DNA of 64,000 nt from Ruminococcus sp. (GTDB lineage Bacteria > Bacillota > Clostridia > Oscillospirales > Ruminococcaceae): the NCBI GenBank assembly GCA_019420505.1, contig JAHZHC010000016.1, positions 3,838 to 67,837 of the forward strand, given 5' to 3'. The translations under genes and the position numbers were made by a program. The notes under the pieces are model-generated. The model was not told the origin of the DNA. It ran no database searches and was given only the letters and a program-made list of their open reading frames with translations. Below are positions 28,459 to 38,615 of this stretch, in pieces (position 1 is the stretch's first letter; each line of letters begins with the position of its first letter).

Positions 28459-29667
28459 TTAGAATTTTAAGTTTTTAATTCTCTTCATAGCTTCAACTGT
28501 TTTGTCTTTATCGCCAAACGCTGTCAGTCTGAACCAGCCTTCTCCGTTCTTGCCAAAGCCTGATCCCGGAGTTCCTACCACATTTGCTTCTTTTAAAAGG
28601 TAATCAAAAAATTCCCAGCTATCCATACCATCAGGACACTTTAACCAAATATACGGTGAATTTTTTCCGCCGGTATATTTTATACCCATTTCATCAAGTG
28701 TTGAAGATATAACTTTTGCATTTTCCTGATAATATTTGATATTCTTTTTAACTTGGCACTGACCTTCATCTGAGAAAACAGCTGCGGCACCGCACTGTAC
28801 AGGATAAGAAACACCGTTGAATTTAGAGCCCTGACGTCTTCCCCAAATCTGCGAAATGCTGACTGTTGTTCCATCGCTTGCAGTAACTTCAAGTTCATTG
28901 GGAATAACTGTATACCCGCATCTCATTCCGGTAAAACCGGCTGTCTTTGAAAGAGAGCACATTTCAATTGCACATTTTCTTGCACCCTCAACAGCAAAAA
29001 TACTTCTTGGAACATTATTTTCAGTAATGAATGCTTCATATGCAGCGTCATAAATTATAATTGCTTTGTTATCAATAGCATAATCAATCCATGACTTAAG
29101 TTCATCATAAGTGAATGCTGCGCCGGTTGGGTTATTTGGTGAGCAAAGATAAATTAAATCAGCATGAACATTTTTATCAGGTATCGCTCTGAACCCATTT
29201 TCTTCTGTAGCATCAGCAAAAATTACTTTTCTGCCATTCATAAGATTTGAATCTACATATACAGGATAAGCGGGATCTGTAATTAATACTGTATTATCAT
29301 CTCCGAAAATATCTACGATGTTACCACAATCAGATTTAGCTCCGTCATTGACACGAATTTCATCCGCATCAACTTTTACACCAAAGCTGTTATAGTAACC
29401 TGAAATTGCTTCTTTCAAAAAATCGTAACCTGTACCACTGTCCTCATAACCCTTAAAGGTTTCTTTAACGCCCATTTCATCTGCGCCTTTTTTAACAGCT
29501 TCTATAACGCATTTTGCAATAGGTTGTGTAACATCGCCGATGCCCATTCTGATAATATTATCTTTTTTATCGGGATTTGCTTCAATAAATGCATTGATTC
29601 TTTTGGCAATGTTTATAAATAAATAATTCTTCTCAAGTTTTAAAAAGTTTTCATTAATTGATGGCAT
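28459..29667 (-). CDS. dapL: LL-diaminopimelate aminotransferase (DapL)
   Basis: N-terminus MPSINENFLKLEKNYLF is characteristic of DapL. The PLP lysine lies in SLSKTAGFTGMRCGY. I prefer the ATG at 29667 over the track start at 29676. Confidence 0.85.
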   Translation of the reverse strand: MPSINENFLKLEKNYLFINIAKRINAFIEANPDKKDNIIRMGIGDVTQPIAKCVIEAVKKGADEMGVKETFKGYEDSGTGYDFLKEAISGYYNSFGVKVDADEIRVNDGAKSDCGNIVDIFGDDNTVLITDPAYPVYVDSNLMNGRKVIFADATEENGFRAIPDKNVHADLIYLCSPNNPTGAAFTYDELKSWIDYAIDNKAIIIYDAAYEAFITENNVPRSIFAVEGARKCAIEMCSLSKTAGFTGMRCGYTVIPNELEVTASDGTTVSISQIWGRRQGSKFNGVSYPVQCGAAAVFSDEGQCQVKKNIKYYQENAKVISSTLDEMGIKYTGGKNSPYIWLKCPDGMDSWEFFDYLLKEANVVGTPGSGFGKNGEGWFRLTAFGDKDKTVEAMKRIKNLKF

Positions 29668-29697
29668 TGTTATCAACTTCCTTCCTGAATTATTGAG

Positions 29698-30561
29698 CTA
29701 TATTATAATGTCACCGGAGAATACAGTAACGGCATCTCCATTGAGATATACTGCTTCATCTGTATAACGGATTTTTAACGTTCCGCCCTTAAGGATAACT
29801 GTAATATCCGTATCTTTTTTACAATATCCGTTAAGAACAGCAGCTGTTGCAGCGGCGCAAGCACCTGTTCCGCATGCCCAGGTTTCTCCTGATCCTCTTT
29901 CCCAAACACGCATCTTTAAAGTATTTTCATCAATTACCTTAATAAATTCAGCATTAACACGTTCAGGGAAAATACTATCAAACTCAAATGCGCTTCCGAC
30001 TTTTTCAATGTCAAGACCATCAACATTATCCGTAAAAACAACGCAGTGAGGATTTCCCATGGAAACACATGTGATATTATAATTACATCCGTCAATATTA
30101 ACTTCACGGTTTATAACAGCACCGTTTTCATCTGCTTCAAGATTTACCGGAACCTGAACGGGATCAAGTATAGCTTTGCCCATATTAACGGTAGCTCCGC
30201 AAATTTCGCCATAGTGACGCTGTAAGCTGATTTTCATAATACCGCTTAAAGTTTCGACAGTAATATCATCCTTATCGACAAGACCGTTATCTCTCATAAA
30301 TTTAGCTACACAGCGTATGCCGTTTCCGCACATTTTACCTTCTGAACCATCAAGGTTAAACATTCTCATCTTTCCGTCTGCAACATCAGATTTGCAAATA
30401 AGAATAACACCGTCTCCCCCGATGCCGAAGTGGCGGTCTGAAAGCCTTAATGCCAATCCTTCTGGATTATCGATTCTCTGATTGAAGCAATTGAAATAGA
30501 TATAGTCATTTCCGCATCCCTGCATTTTGGTGAAATGTACAGTCTGTTTTTCGATTCTCAT
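29698..30561 (-). other. dapF: DapF module of the fused ORF (internal ATG at 30561)
   Basis: MRIEKQTVHFTKMQGCGNDY... with both catalytic Cys motifs (EGKMCGNGIRC and ETWACGTGACAA). 287 aa. Confidence 0.85.
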
Positions 30562-33500
30562 ATTATTGATATCAACAATTTCCGTAGATTGTTCGGAATA
30601 TTTACTTCTGATTGATGATGCAACGGCATTCGCTGTATCAAGAGATGTAAGACAAGGAATATTTCTTTCAACAGTTTTTCTTCTTATTTTAACCGAATCT
30701 CTTGTAGGAATTCTTCCCTTTGAAGATGTTGAAATAACATAAGCAATCTTACCGCTTTCTATAAGAGTAAGTGTATTGTTATTTGATTCATGAATTTTAT
30801 CAACGACTTCATTTGGAATTCCATGCTCAGTAAGAACTTTTGAAGTTCCTTTTGTAGCATAAATTTCAAAGCCTAAATCATAGAACATTTTTGCTGTCTG
30901 AGGAATTTCATTTTTATCTGAGTTTCGGACAGTAATAAGAACTCCGCCTTTTTCATCAAGCTTATATCCTGCGGCAGTAAGACCTTTATACAAAGATTCT
31001 TCAAGAGAACTTGAAACAGCTAAAACTTCACCGGTTGATTTCATCTCAGGGCCAAGGTGATTATCAACACCAATTAATTTCTCAAAGGAGAATACAGGAA
31101 CCTTAACAGCAACATAAGGTGAATTCCTGTAAAGACCTGTTCCATAGCCCATATCCCTAAGTTTTTCGCCCAGCATACATCTTGTCGCAAGATCTACCAT
31201 AGGAACTCCTGTAACCTTAGAAATATACGGGATAGTTCTTGAAGAACGTGGATTTACTTCGATTACATAAATTTCATCATTATATGCAATATATTGAATA
31301 TTTACAAGACCCTTTGTATTAAGAGAAATAGCAAGTTTTTTAGAGCATTCTATAATTCTTTCAATAAGACTGTCAGACACATTCCAAGCAGGATAAACTG
31401 CAATAGAATCTCCTGAATGTATACCTGTTCTTTCGATATGTTCCATGATACCGGGAATAAGAATATCCTCACCGTCACATATTGCATCGATTTCAAGCTC
31501 AGTACCCATTAAGTATTTATCAATAAGTACCGGATTTTCAATGCCCTGATCAAGAATAATCTCCATATATTCTTTTATATCGTCATCATTGAAGGCAATA
31601 ATCATATTCTGGCCGCCAAGAACATACGAAGGACGCATAAGAACCGGATAATTGATTTTATTAGCAACCTCAAGAGCCTCTTCACAGGTCATAACCGTAA
31701 AGCCTTGCGGACGCTTGATTTCCAATTGCTCAAGCAATTCATCAAAACGTTCTCTATCCTCTGCTGCATCAATTGAATCAGGAGGAGTTCCTAAAATATT
31801 GACATTGTTTTCAGACAAATGCTTTGTAAGCTTAATTGCAGTCTGACCGCCGAATGCAACAACTACACCATATGGTTTTTCAATGTTAATAATATTCATT
31901 ACATCTTCGTTGGTAAGCGGTTCAAAATATAGTCTGTCGGCTGTATCAAAGTCAGTTGAAACAGTTTCAGGGTTATTATTTACAATAACAACATCATACC
32001 CACGTTCTTTTAATGCCCACACACAATGAACTGATGCATAGTCAAATTCTATACCCTGACCAATTCTGATAGGTCCTGAACCGAATACAATTACTGTTTT
32101 ATTGCCTGAATTTTTATTTGCAATAAATTCAGAAGCTTCATCCTCTTTGTCATAAGTTGAATAGAAATAAGGTGTTTGTGCTGAGAATTCTGCCGCACAG
32201 GTATCAACCATTTTATAAACAGCCGGCAAAGGCTTTTCTATCTTACAGCCTGAAATTCGTTCTATTACTTTATCGGGATAACCAAGTTTTTTAGCTGTTT
32301 CGTAAAGTTCAAACGGAAGCTCACCTTTTGACATTTCCTTTTCAATATCAATAAGTTTACAAAGCTTATTTAAAAACCACTCATCAATCTTTGTAATCTC
32401 ATGAATTTCATCAACTGTAACACCTCTTCTGAGAGCTTCATAAACAACAAATAATCTCTCGTCGTTACAATTATGAATTCTTGATTTTATTTCTTCGTCC
32501 GAAAGCTGAAGCATTTTAGGTGAAATAAGACAATCATGACCTATTTCAGCACCTCTCACAGCCTTCATAATAGCCTGTTCAAACGTTGTACCAATTGCCA
32601 TTACTTCTCCGGTTGCCTTCATTTGTGTGCCTAAGGTTCTCTTTGCATAAACAAACTTATCAAAAGGCCATTTAGGAAGCTTAACAACTACGTAATCCAA
32701 TGCGGGTTCAAAGCATGCATATGTTTTTCCTGTTACTGCATTTTTAATTTCATCGAGAGTATATCCAATCGCAATCTTTGCTGCAACTTTTGCAATAGGA
32801 TATCCGGTAGCCTTTGAAGCAAGTGCTGATGAACGTGATACACGTGGATTAACTTCAATTACAGCATATTCAAAGCTATCGGGATTAAGAGCAAACTGAC
32901 AGTTGCAACCGCCCTCAACCTTCAAAGTATCAATGATTTTCAAAGCGGCTGAACGCAGCATCTGATATTCTTTGTCAGCAAGCGTAACAGCAGGTGCAAT
33001 TACAATAGAGTCTCCGGTATGAACTCCTACAGGATCAAAGTTTTCCATTGAGCAGACTGTAATAACATTGCCCTTTGCATCTCTCATAACTTCAAACTCA
33101 ATTTCTTTCCAGCCGGCTATACATTTTTCCACGAGCACCTGTGTAATAGGTGAAAGATAAAGACCATTTCTTGTTATTTCACGCAATTCTTCTTCATTAT
33201 TGACAATTCCGCCGCCTGTTCCGCCTAAAGTGAATGCAGGACGAATAATGAGAGGATAACCTATTCCCTCTTTATTAGCAAAATCAACAGCAGCCTCAAC
33301 AGTATTGACGACCAAAGATGGAATACATGGCTGATCAATAGATTCCATAGTGTCTTTGAACATCTGTCTATCTTCCGCTTTATCTATAGTTTCAGGATTA
33401 GCACCAAGTAGCTTTACACCGTGTTTCTCAAGAAAACCTTCCTTTGCAAGCTGCATTGATATAGTAAGACCTGTCTGTCCGCCCAAAGTGGAAAGAAGAC

Positions 33501-33762
33501 TGTCCGGTTTTTCTTTTTTTATAACACGCTTTACTGTTTCAAGTGTAAGCGGTTCAATATATATTTTGTCTGCCATTGCATTATCGGTCATAATTGTAGC
33601 AGGATTTGAGTTTATCAGAATTACCTCAAGGCCTTCTTCTTTCAAGGCACGGCAAGCCTGTGTTCCTGCATAGTCAAATTCAGCAGCCTGACCGATAACG
33701 ATAGGACCTGACCCGATTACAAGCACACGTTTTATATCTTTATTTAAAGGCACAATATTCAA
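29698..33762 (-). CDS. carB: Carbamoyl-phosphate synthase large subunit fused in frame to diaminopimelate epimerase
   Basis: A single 1354-aa ORF. Residues 1 to about 1067 form a complete CarB, with two ATP-grasp halves, an oligomerisation region and an MGS-like tail. Residues 1068-1354 form a complete DapF. No stop codon separates them. Confidence 0.85.
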   Translation of the reverse strand: MNIVPLNKDIKRVLVIGSGPIVIGQAAEFDYAGTQACRALKEEGLEVILINSNPATIMTDNAMADKIYIEPLTLETVKRVIKKEKPDSLLSTLGGQTGLTISMQLAKEGFLEKHGVKLLGANPETIDKAEDRQMFKDTMESIDQPCIPSLVVNTVEAAVDFANKEGIGYPLIIRPAFTLGGTGGGIVNNEEELREITRNGLYLSPITQVLVEKCIAGWKEIEFEVMRDAKGNVITVCSMENFDPVGVHTGDSIVIAPAVTLADKEYQMLRSAALKIIDTLKVEGGCNCQFALNPDSFEYAVIEVNPRVSRSSALASKATGYPIAKVAAKIAIGYTLDEIKNAVTGKTYACFEPALDYVVVKLPKWPFDKFVYAKRTLGTQMKATGEVMAIGTTFEQAIMKAVRGAEIGHDCLISPKMLQLSDEEIKSRIHNCNDERLFVVYEALRRGVTVDEIHEITKIDEWFLNKLCKLIDIEKEMSKGELPFELYETAKKLGYPDKVIERISGCKIEKPLPAVYKMVDTCAAEFSAQTPYFYSTYDKEDEASEFIANKNSGNKTVIVFGSGPIRIGQGIEFDYASVHCVWALKERGYDVVIVNNNPETVSTDFDTADRLYFEPLTNEDVMNIINIEKPYGVVVAFGGQTAIKLTKHLSENNVNILGTPPDSIDAAEDRERFDELLEQLEIKRPQGFTVMTCEEALEVANKINYPVLMRPSYVLGGQNMIIAFNDDDIKEYMEIILDQGIENPVLIDKYLMGTELEIDAICDGEDILIPGIMEHIERTGIHSGDSIAVYPAWNVSDSLIERIIECSKKLAISLNTKGLVNIQYIAYNDEIYVIEVNPRSSRTIPYISKVTGVPMVDLATRCMLGEKLRDMGYGTGLYRNSPYVAVKVPVFSFEKLIGVDNHLGPEMKSTGEVLAVSSSLEESLYKGLTAAGYKLDEKGGVLITVRNSDKNEIPQTAKMFYDLGFEIYATKGTSKVLTEHGIPNEVVDKIHESNNNTLTLIESGKIAYVISTSSKGRIPTRDSVKIRRKTVERNIPCLTSLDTANAVASSIRSKYSEQSTEIVDINNMRIEKQTVHFTKMQGCGNDYIYFNCFNQRIDNPEGLALRLSDRHFGIGGDGVILICKSDVADGKMRMFNLDGSEGKMCGNGIRCVAKFMRDNGLVDKDDITVETLSGIMKISLQRHYGEICGATVNMGKAILDPVQVPVNLEADENGAVINREVNIDGCNYNITCVSMGNPHCVVFTDNVDGLDIEKVGSAFEFDSIFPERVNAEFIKVIDENTLKMRVWERGSGETWACGTGACAAATAAVLNGYCKKDTDITVILKGGTLKIRYTDEAVYLNGDAVTVFSGDIII

Positions 33763-33777
33763 TCCTTTCTAAAAATA

Positions 33778-34851
33778 TTATTTATTATCGTCAATTAGTT
33801 TCATAAACTTATCAAATAAAAATCCTGTATCAAGCGGTCCGCCGCAAGCTTCCGGATGAAATTGAACAGAAAATGCAGGCATATTTGTATATGTAATACC
33901 CTCACAGGTTCCGTCATTTGCATTAACAAAAGAAATCTTAGCATTATCTCCCATTGAATCATTTATTACAGCATAACCATGATTTTGACTGGTAATATAG
34001 ACCTTTCCGGTTTCAATTTCAGTTGCAGGCTGATTAGCACCCCTATGACCATATTTAAGCTTCTCGGTTTTTCCGCCCTGAGATAATGCGAGAAGCTGAT
34101 GTCCCAGGCAAATTCCAAAGGTAGGAATTTTCTTTTCAGACAGCTTTTTCAGTTCTGAAATAATTTCAACATTTTCAGCAGGATCGCCCGGTCCGTTAGA
34201 AAGCATGATTCCATCCGGATCAAGTTCTTCTACTCTTTCAATCTTTGTATATGCAGGTAAAACAGTGACTTCACATCCTCGTTTTACTAATTCACGTCTA
34301 ATATTATCTTTAGCCCCGAAATCAAAAAGACATACTCTTCTTTTTATTTCACCTTCAGGTTTAAATATTTGCTCTTTTTCACATGTAGTATTTTTAACGG
34401 CGTCAGTAATAGTATAATTCTTTAAATCAGCAAGACCTATTCCCGATCCTTCTGTTACAATCTTACCGTTCATAACACCAGATTCACGAACAATTTTCGT
34501 CAAGGCACGGGTATCAATACCATAAAGTCCAACTATATTATTCTGCTTTAAAAAAGTGTCAAGATTGCCCTCACAACGGAAATTGCTGGGTTCCTGACAC
34601 CAATCTCTAACAATATACGCTTTAACATGCGGGAATTCACTTTCAAAATCTTCGGGAATAACACCATAGTTACCAATAAGAGGGAAAGTTTGAACAACAA
34701 TCTGACCGTAATAACTCGGATCAGTCAATGTTTCAAGATAACCTGTCATTGCAGTTGTAAAAACAATTTCACCAATAACTTCACCCTGTGCTCCAAAGCT
34801 CTTACCTTCAAAAATAGTACCGTTTTCTAAAATAAGATATGCTTTCTGCAC
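33778..34851 (-). CDS. carA: Carbamoyl-phosphate synthase small (glutaminase) subunit
   Basis: GICLGHQLL nucleophile elbow and HPE near the C-terminus. GTG start after AAAGGAGG. Confidence 0.95.
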   Translation of the reverse strand: MQKAYLILENGTIFEGKSFGAQGEVIGEIVFTTAMTGYLETLTDPSYYGQIVVQTFPLIGNYGVIPEDFESEFPHVKAYIVRDWCQEPSNFRCEGNLDTFLKQNNIVGLYGIDTRALTKIVRESGVMNGKIVTEGSGIGLADLKNYTITDAVKNTTCEKEQIFKPEGEIKRRVCLFDFGAKDNIRRELVKRGCEVTVLPAYTKIERVEELDPDGIMLSNGPGDPAENVEIISELKKLSEKKIPTFGICLGHQLLALSQGGKTEKLKYGHRGANQPATEIETGKVYITSQNHGYAVINDSMGDNAKISFVNANDGTCEGITYTNMPAFSVQFHPEACGGPLDTGFLFDKFMKLIDDNK

Positions 34852-34892
34852 CTTTAACTCCTCCTTTAATATTGCAAACTTTTACGAATACA

Positions 34893-34921
34893 ATTATAAC
34901 ACAATAAAATAAATTTGTAAA
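34893..34921 (-). promoter_or_regulatory. Putative sigma-A promoter of the carA operon
   Basis: Minus strand reads TTTACA-17 nt-TATAAT with an extended -10 (TGtTATAAT). Confidence 0.5.
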
Positions 34922-35104
34922 TAGGTTTATGTTCATTGTTTTAAATTTATTAATAATAAGAAAAGAAGCAAGCTAATATAAAGAACTAATTATACGCATT
35001 AAGACTATTGTTTATATGATTTAACGATAGCAGCAGTATTTGCATATATTAATAGTGTCCTTGCTGTTACCATTTGAAGGACAAATAGAAAAGGTGGAAT
35101 TTAT

Positions 35105-35323
35105 GTGGGCAAAACATTAATAACAATGACATCAATAACCTACGCAATGAAAGCCAAAGCTATTCTGAATAACAAAAAGATATATTGTGAAATAGAGAAA
35201 ACTCCAAAAAATATTGGAAGCGGATGCGGATATTCAATCAGAATAAAAGACAATACTAATTATATAATAAAAATACTTGATGAAAACAACATCCCTTATA
35301 AAAACAGTTTTCAGCTTTATTAG
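35105..35323 (+). CDS. DUF3343-like small protein (putative S/Se carrier-like)
   Basis: 72 aa. The pattern ITFTSITYAMKAKAIL...GCGYSIRI matches my memory of DUF3343. GTG start after AAAGGTGG. Confidence 0.6.
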   Translation: MGKTLITMTSITYAMKAKAILNNKKIYCEIEKTPKNIGSGCGYSIRIKDNTNYIIKILDENNIPYKNSFQLY

Positions 35324-35429
35324 TGCTTTGACTGCGATTGTTAAATGATATTACTTGACTTTCCGCCGAAGTTAAGACTGAATCAATGGATAATATCTGA
35401 AATAACCGGCGGAGAAAGGAGGTAACATA

Positions 35430-36563
35430 TTGAACAGAATTGTAAATTTCGATAATTCCGCTACTACATTCCCAAAGCCTGTTAGCGTTAAAAATGCTGT
35501 ATCTACTGCGGTTGCAAGATATGGCGGGAATCCGGGACGAAGCGGACATAAACTGTCGATGGAAGTATCAAATCAAGTTTTCAAGGTGAGAGAACAAGCC
35601 GGAAAAATGTTTCATGCGGATACTGAAAATGTAGCATTTACTGCCAATTGTACATTTGCAGTAAACATGGCAGTCAAAGGTATAATGCAATACGGCGGTC
35701 ACATTATAATTTCTGATTATGAGCATAATGCAGTGTCCAGACCTGTTTATTCATTATCAAAAACAAGAGGCGTTGAATACTCTATTGCCAAAATTACAGA
35801 CAATACTGATGAAACAATATCAAACTTTGAAAAACTTATTAATCCCCGTACCAAATGCATATGCTGCACAGTAGCCTCGAATGTAACAGGAAGAATACTT
35901 CCCTACCGTGAAATTGCGGATTTATGCAAAAGAAAAGGATTATGTTTTATATTAGACGGTGCTCAGGGCTGTGGTTTGCTGGACTTATCTTTAGATGATG
36001 GATTTAATTTTCTCTGTACAGCAGGTCACAAATCATTATACGGACCAACCGGTACCGGTTTATTAATTACAGACGGAAAATATCCTCTTTCAACCATAAT
36101 TGAAGGAGGTACAGGAGCAACCTCGACAGAACTTGCACAAACGCCTTTTCTTCCCGAACGTCTTGAAAGCGGAACAATAAATACTGTTGGGATTATAGGT
36201 TTAGGTGCCGGTCTGAAATTTGTAGAAACAAAAACGCCTGAACGAATTATGGCTCATGAAGAAGAGCTTTGCAGGCAGCTTATAAATGGTTTGAATTCAC
36301 TGCCTGATATTAAAATATACAGAAGCGAATGTAAACATGTGCCCATTGTAGCTTTCAATATAGGGGACATAAATTCTCAGGAAGCTGCAAATTATTTAAG
36401 CGATAACGGTTATGCATTAAGAGGAGGAATTCAATGTGCTGCTCTTGCACACAATACTTTAGGTACAACCGAACAGGGTGTTATCAGATTTTCGCCCTCA
36501 GCTTTTAATAATAAGCAACAGGTTTCGGGATTGCTTAATACTATAAAAAGATATAAACCATAG
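35430..36563 (+). CDS. Class-V aminotransferase / cysteine desulfurase family protein
   Basis: NFDNSATTFP at the N-terminus, the PLP lysine in TAGHKSLYGPTG, and the conserved Cys in RGGIQCAAL. TTG start 7 nt after AAAGGAGG. Confidence 0.8.
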   Translation: MNRIVNFDNSATTFPKPVSVKNAVSTAVARYGGNPGRSGHKLSMEVSNQVFKVREQAGKMFHADTENVAFTANCTFAVNMAVKGIMQYGGHIIISDYEHNAVSRPVYSLSKTRGVEYSIAKITDNTDETISNFEKLINPRTKCICCTVASNVTGRILPYREIADLCKRKGLCFILDGAQGCGLLDLSLDDGFNFLCTAGHKSLYGPTGTGLLITDGKYPLSTIIEGGTGATSTELAQTPFLPERLESGTINTVGIIGLGAGLKFVETKTPERIMAHEEELCRQLINGLNSLPDIKIYRSECKHVPIVAFNIGDINSQEAANYLSDNGYALRGGIQCAALAHNTLGTTEQGVIRFSPSAFNNKQQVSGLLNTIKRYKP

Positions 36564-36574
36564 CTTAATATAAA

Positions 36575-36607
36575 GACCCGACAGAATAAAAACTGTCGGG
36601 TTAATTT
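36575..36607. terminator. Bidirectional terminator hairpin
   Basis: GACCCGACAG-aataaaaa-CTGTCGGGTT between the convergent desulfurase and comEA-like genes. Confidence 0.65.
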
Positions 36608-36617
36608 GTCATAGACA

Positions 36618-37460
36618 TCATATAATTATATAGTCTTTTATTTCATTGTATACCTTCTCTGAAAGTTCATCTATATACAATAATTCAAGACTATTTGAAA
36701 AATATTGAATCTGGCTTCTCAGGTCAACGATTTTTTCCGCAAGCGTTAAATTGATCAAAAGACAATCAGAAATTTCTAAAGCATCAGCAACATTTATATT
36801 AACTTTTTGTTTTATTCTTTGAGAAACCAACGTACTTACAGAAGTATGAACTGTTGCAGTTGCTTTTGTTTCAGCATTTGTAGTATAAACAGAAGTTACA
36901 GTGTTCTTATAATCTGCATCAGCCACATACAAATACTGTTTCAATATAATAAGCTTCGATTCTCCTATGCCATCAATTTTAAGCAGCAAATCCATATTTG
37001 AAATAGTACCTTCATTAAAACGAAAATCAATAATTCTTTGTGCCAGTGTTTCGCCTATCCCATTTATTTGCAGCAGTTCTTCAAATGTAACCAGATTGAC
37101 ATCAACAGGAAAATTAACAGATTCAGTCGTTGCAAATGTCTGCTTGAAAGTTATTGATGATTTTGAAGTTTTCTTATCCCTTGTTGTTTTGGATGTCATT
37201 TTAGTTTTAGTTTTTGTAGTTTTAGTATCAGTTGTTTTAGTTTGAACAGTATTTGATATAGCCGTTATACTATTATTATCAAAGCTGCTTTCTGATGTAT
37301 GATTACTGTTATAAGCTTTTTGTAATAATGCTGTTGAGGCAATTGCAGAACTAACAGAAATAATAACAAATAGAAATAAAAAAATATCAGTTTTCGATAA
37401 ATTAAATTTTTTCTTGGAATTATCGGTGTTTTTACCTGTATTGTCTGCCAATTTTGTCAC
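36618..37460 (-). CDS. comEA: ComEA-family helix-hairpin-helix DNA-binding protein
   Basis: N-terminal TM segment, a T/K-rich linker, then two HhH units (LLQINGIGETLAQRIIDFR and a second degenerate copy). Confidence 0.7.
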   Translation of the reverse strand: MTKLADNTGKNTDNSKKKFNLSKTDIFLFLFVIISVSSAIASTALLQKAYNSNHTSESSFDNNSITAISNTVQTKTTDTKTTKTKTKMTSKTTRDKKTSKSSITFKQTFATTESVNFPVDVNLVTFEELLQINGIGETLAQRIIDFRFNEGTISNMDLLLKIDGIGESKLIILKQYLYVADADYKNTVTSVYTTNAETKATATVHTSVSTLVSQRIKQKVNINVADALEISDCLLINLTLAEKIVDLRSQIQYFSNSLELLYIDELSEKVYNEIKDYIII

Positions 37461-37649
37461 TCCAATAATCTACAATTATTATAAGATAATAATAGCAAAG
37501 CATATTTTAATAATCAACAATTTTCGATAACTATTAAGATTTATACATATTAAACTTTACATTTTGTATATATTTGTATTTCCCGATAATATTATTAATT
37601 CTTACTGATTTTAAGTCTTTAATGCAACAAAATTTTTTCTTTTAAACTA

Positions 37650-37678
37650 TTGTGCTTTTAAAAATAATATGATACAAT
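37650..37678 (+). promoter_or_regulatory. Putative sigma-A promoter of cdaA-cdaR
   Basis: TTGTGC-17 nt-TACAAT with TGa upstream of the -10. Confidence 0.45.
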
Positions 37679-37736
37679 TAAATATATATAATGTGTGAAA
37701 TTTTGAATAGTTTCTTGAAGTGAAAAGGGTGAAAAA

Positions 37737-38615
37737 ATGTTTAGTGCTATTGCCAGCAGCTTTAATATGCTTTGGAATGTCTTTAAATATATAAGAATAA
37801 ATGATGTTATTGATATTGCTATTTTATCTTTTCTTATATTCCATGGAATAAAACTTATAAGAGAAACCCGTGCACAGCAATTAGTCAAGGGTATTTTGGT
37901 TTTAATTGTAGCTTATTTGTTAGCTATTTTCTTTAATCTGCAAACAATGCGTTTTTTCCTTAAAACGTGTTTTGAATGGGGAATTCTTGCAATCATAATC
38001 GTATTTCAGCCTGAATTAAGACGAATTCTTGAAAAAGTCGGTCGAACAAAATTTACTGAATTAAATTTTTTTGCAGGTAATGAAATTGAAAATTCAGCTG
38101 ATAAATGGAAGAATTGTATTGATGCTGTTTGTGATACTGCTCAGAATTTGTCCTCTACCTGCACAGGTGCACTTATTATCTGTGAACGAAAAACAAAACT
38201 CGGAGAACAAATTGATACAGGAACAATATTGAATTGCAATCCTTCCGCTGCTATTTTGGGAAATATATTTTTCCCTAATACACCGCTTCATGATGGCGCT
38301 GTTATTATACGAAACGGTATAATACTTGCCGCAGGCTGTTTTCTCCCAAAACCACAAAAAGAAGAATTGATTGCAAAACAATTGGGTTCACGACATCGTG
38401 CCGCCATAGGAATGAGTGAAATTTCTGACGCCATAGTAATTGTTGTATCTGAAGAAACCGGTACAATTTCCGTTGCAGAAAACGGAGAACTCACAAGAGG
38501 GTTTACGAAAGAAAGCCTCAAAAAATTGCTTAGCCTTCGTTTTCTACCTGAAAAGGATTCTAATTCGGTAAAAGATAATTTTGCGGGGAGGGTTATTTCA
38601 AAATGGAAAAAATAA
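37737..38615 (+). CDS. cdaA: Diadenylate cyclase CdaA (DacA)
   Basis: Three N-terminal TM helices and a DAC domain with TPLHDGAVII, GSRHRAA and VVSEETG. Confidence 0.92.
   Translation: MFSAIASSFNMLWNVFKYIRINDVIDIAILSFLIFHGIKLIRETRAQQLVKGILVLIVAYLLAIFFNLQTMRFFLKTCFEWGILAIIIVFQPELRRILEKVGRTKFTELNFFAGNEIENSADKWKNCIDAVCDTAQNLSSTCTGALIICERKTKLGEQIDTGTILNCNPSAAILGNIFFPNTPLHDGAVIIRNGIILAAGCFLPKPQKEELIAKQLGSRHRAAIGMSEISDAIVIVVSEETGTISVAENGELTRGFTKESLKKLLSLRFLPEKDSNSVKDNFAGRVISKWKK

Noticed and set aside
34852-35104. ARG box or PyrR-type attenuator upstream of carA.
   Set aside because: I looked for TGAAT-N-ATTCA-type palindromes and for a PyrR binding loop with a terminator/antiterminator pair. I found only a promoter-like element and weak AT-rich partial matches, which cannot be supported by eye.
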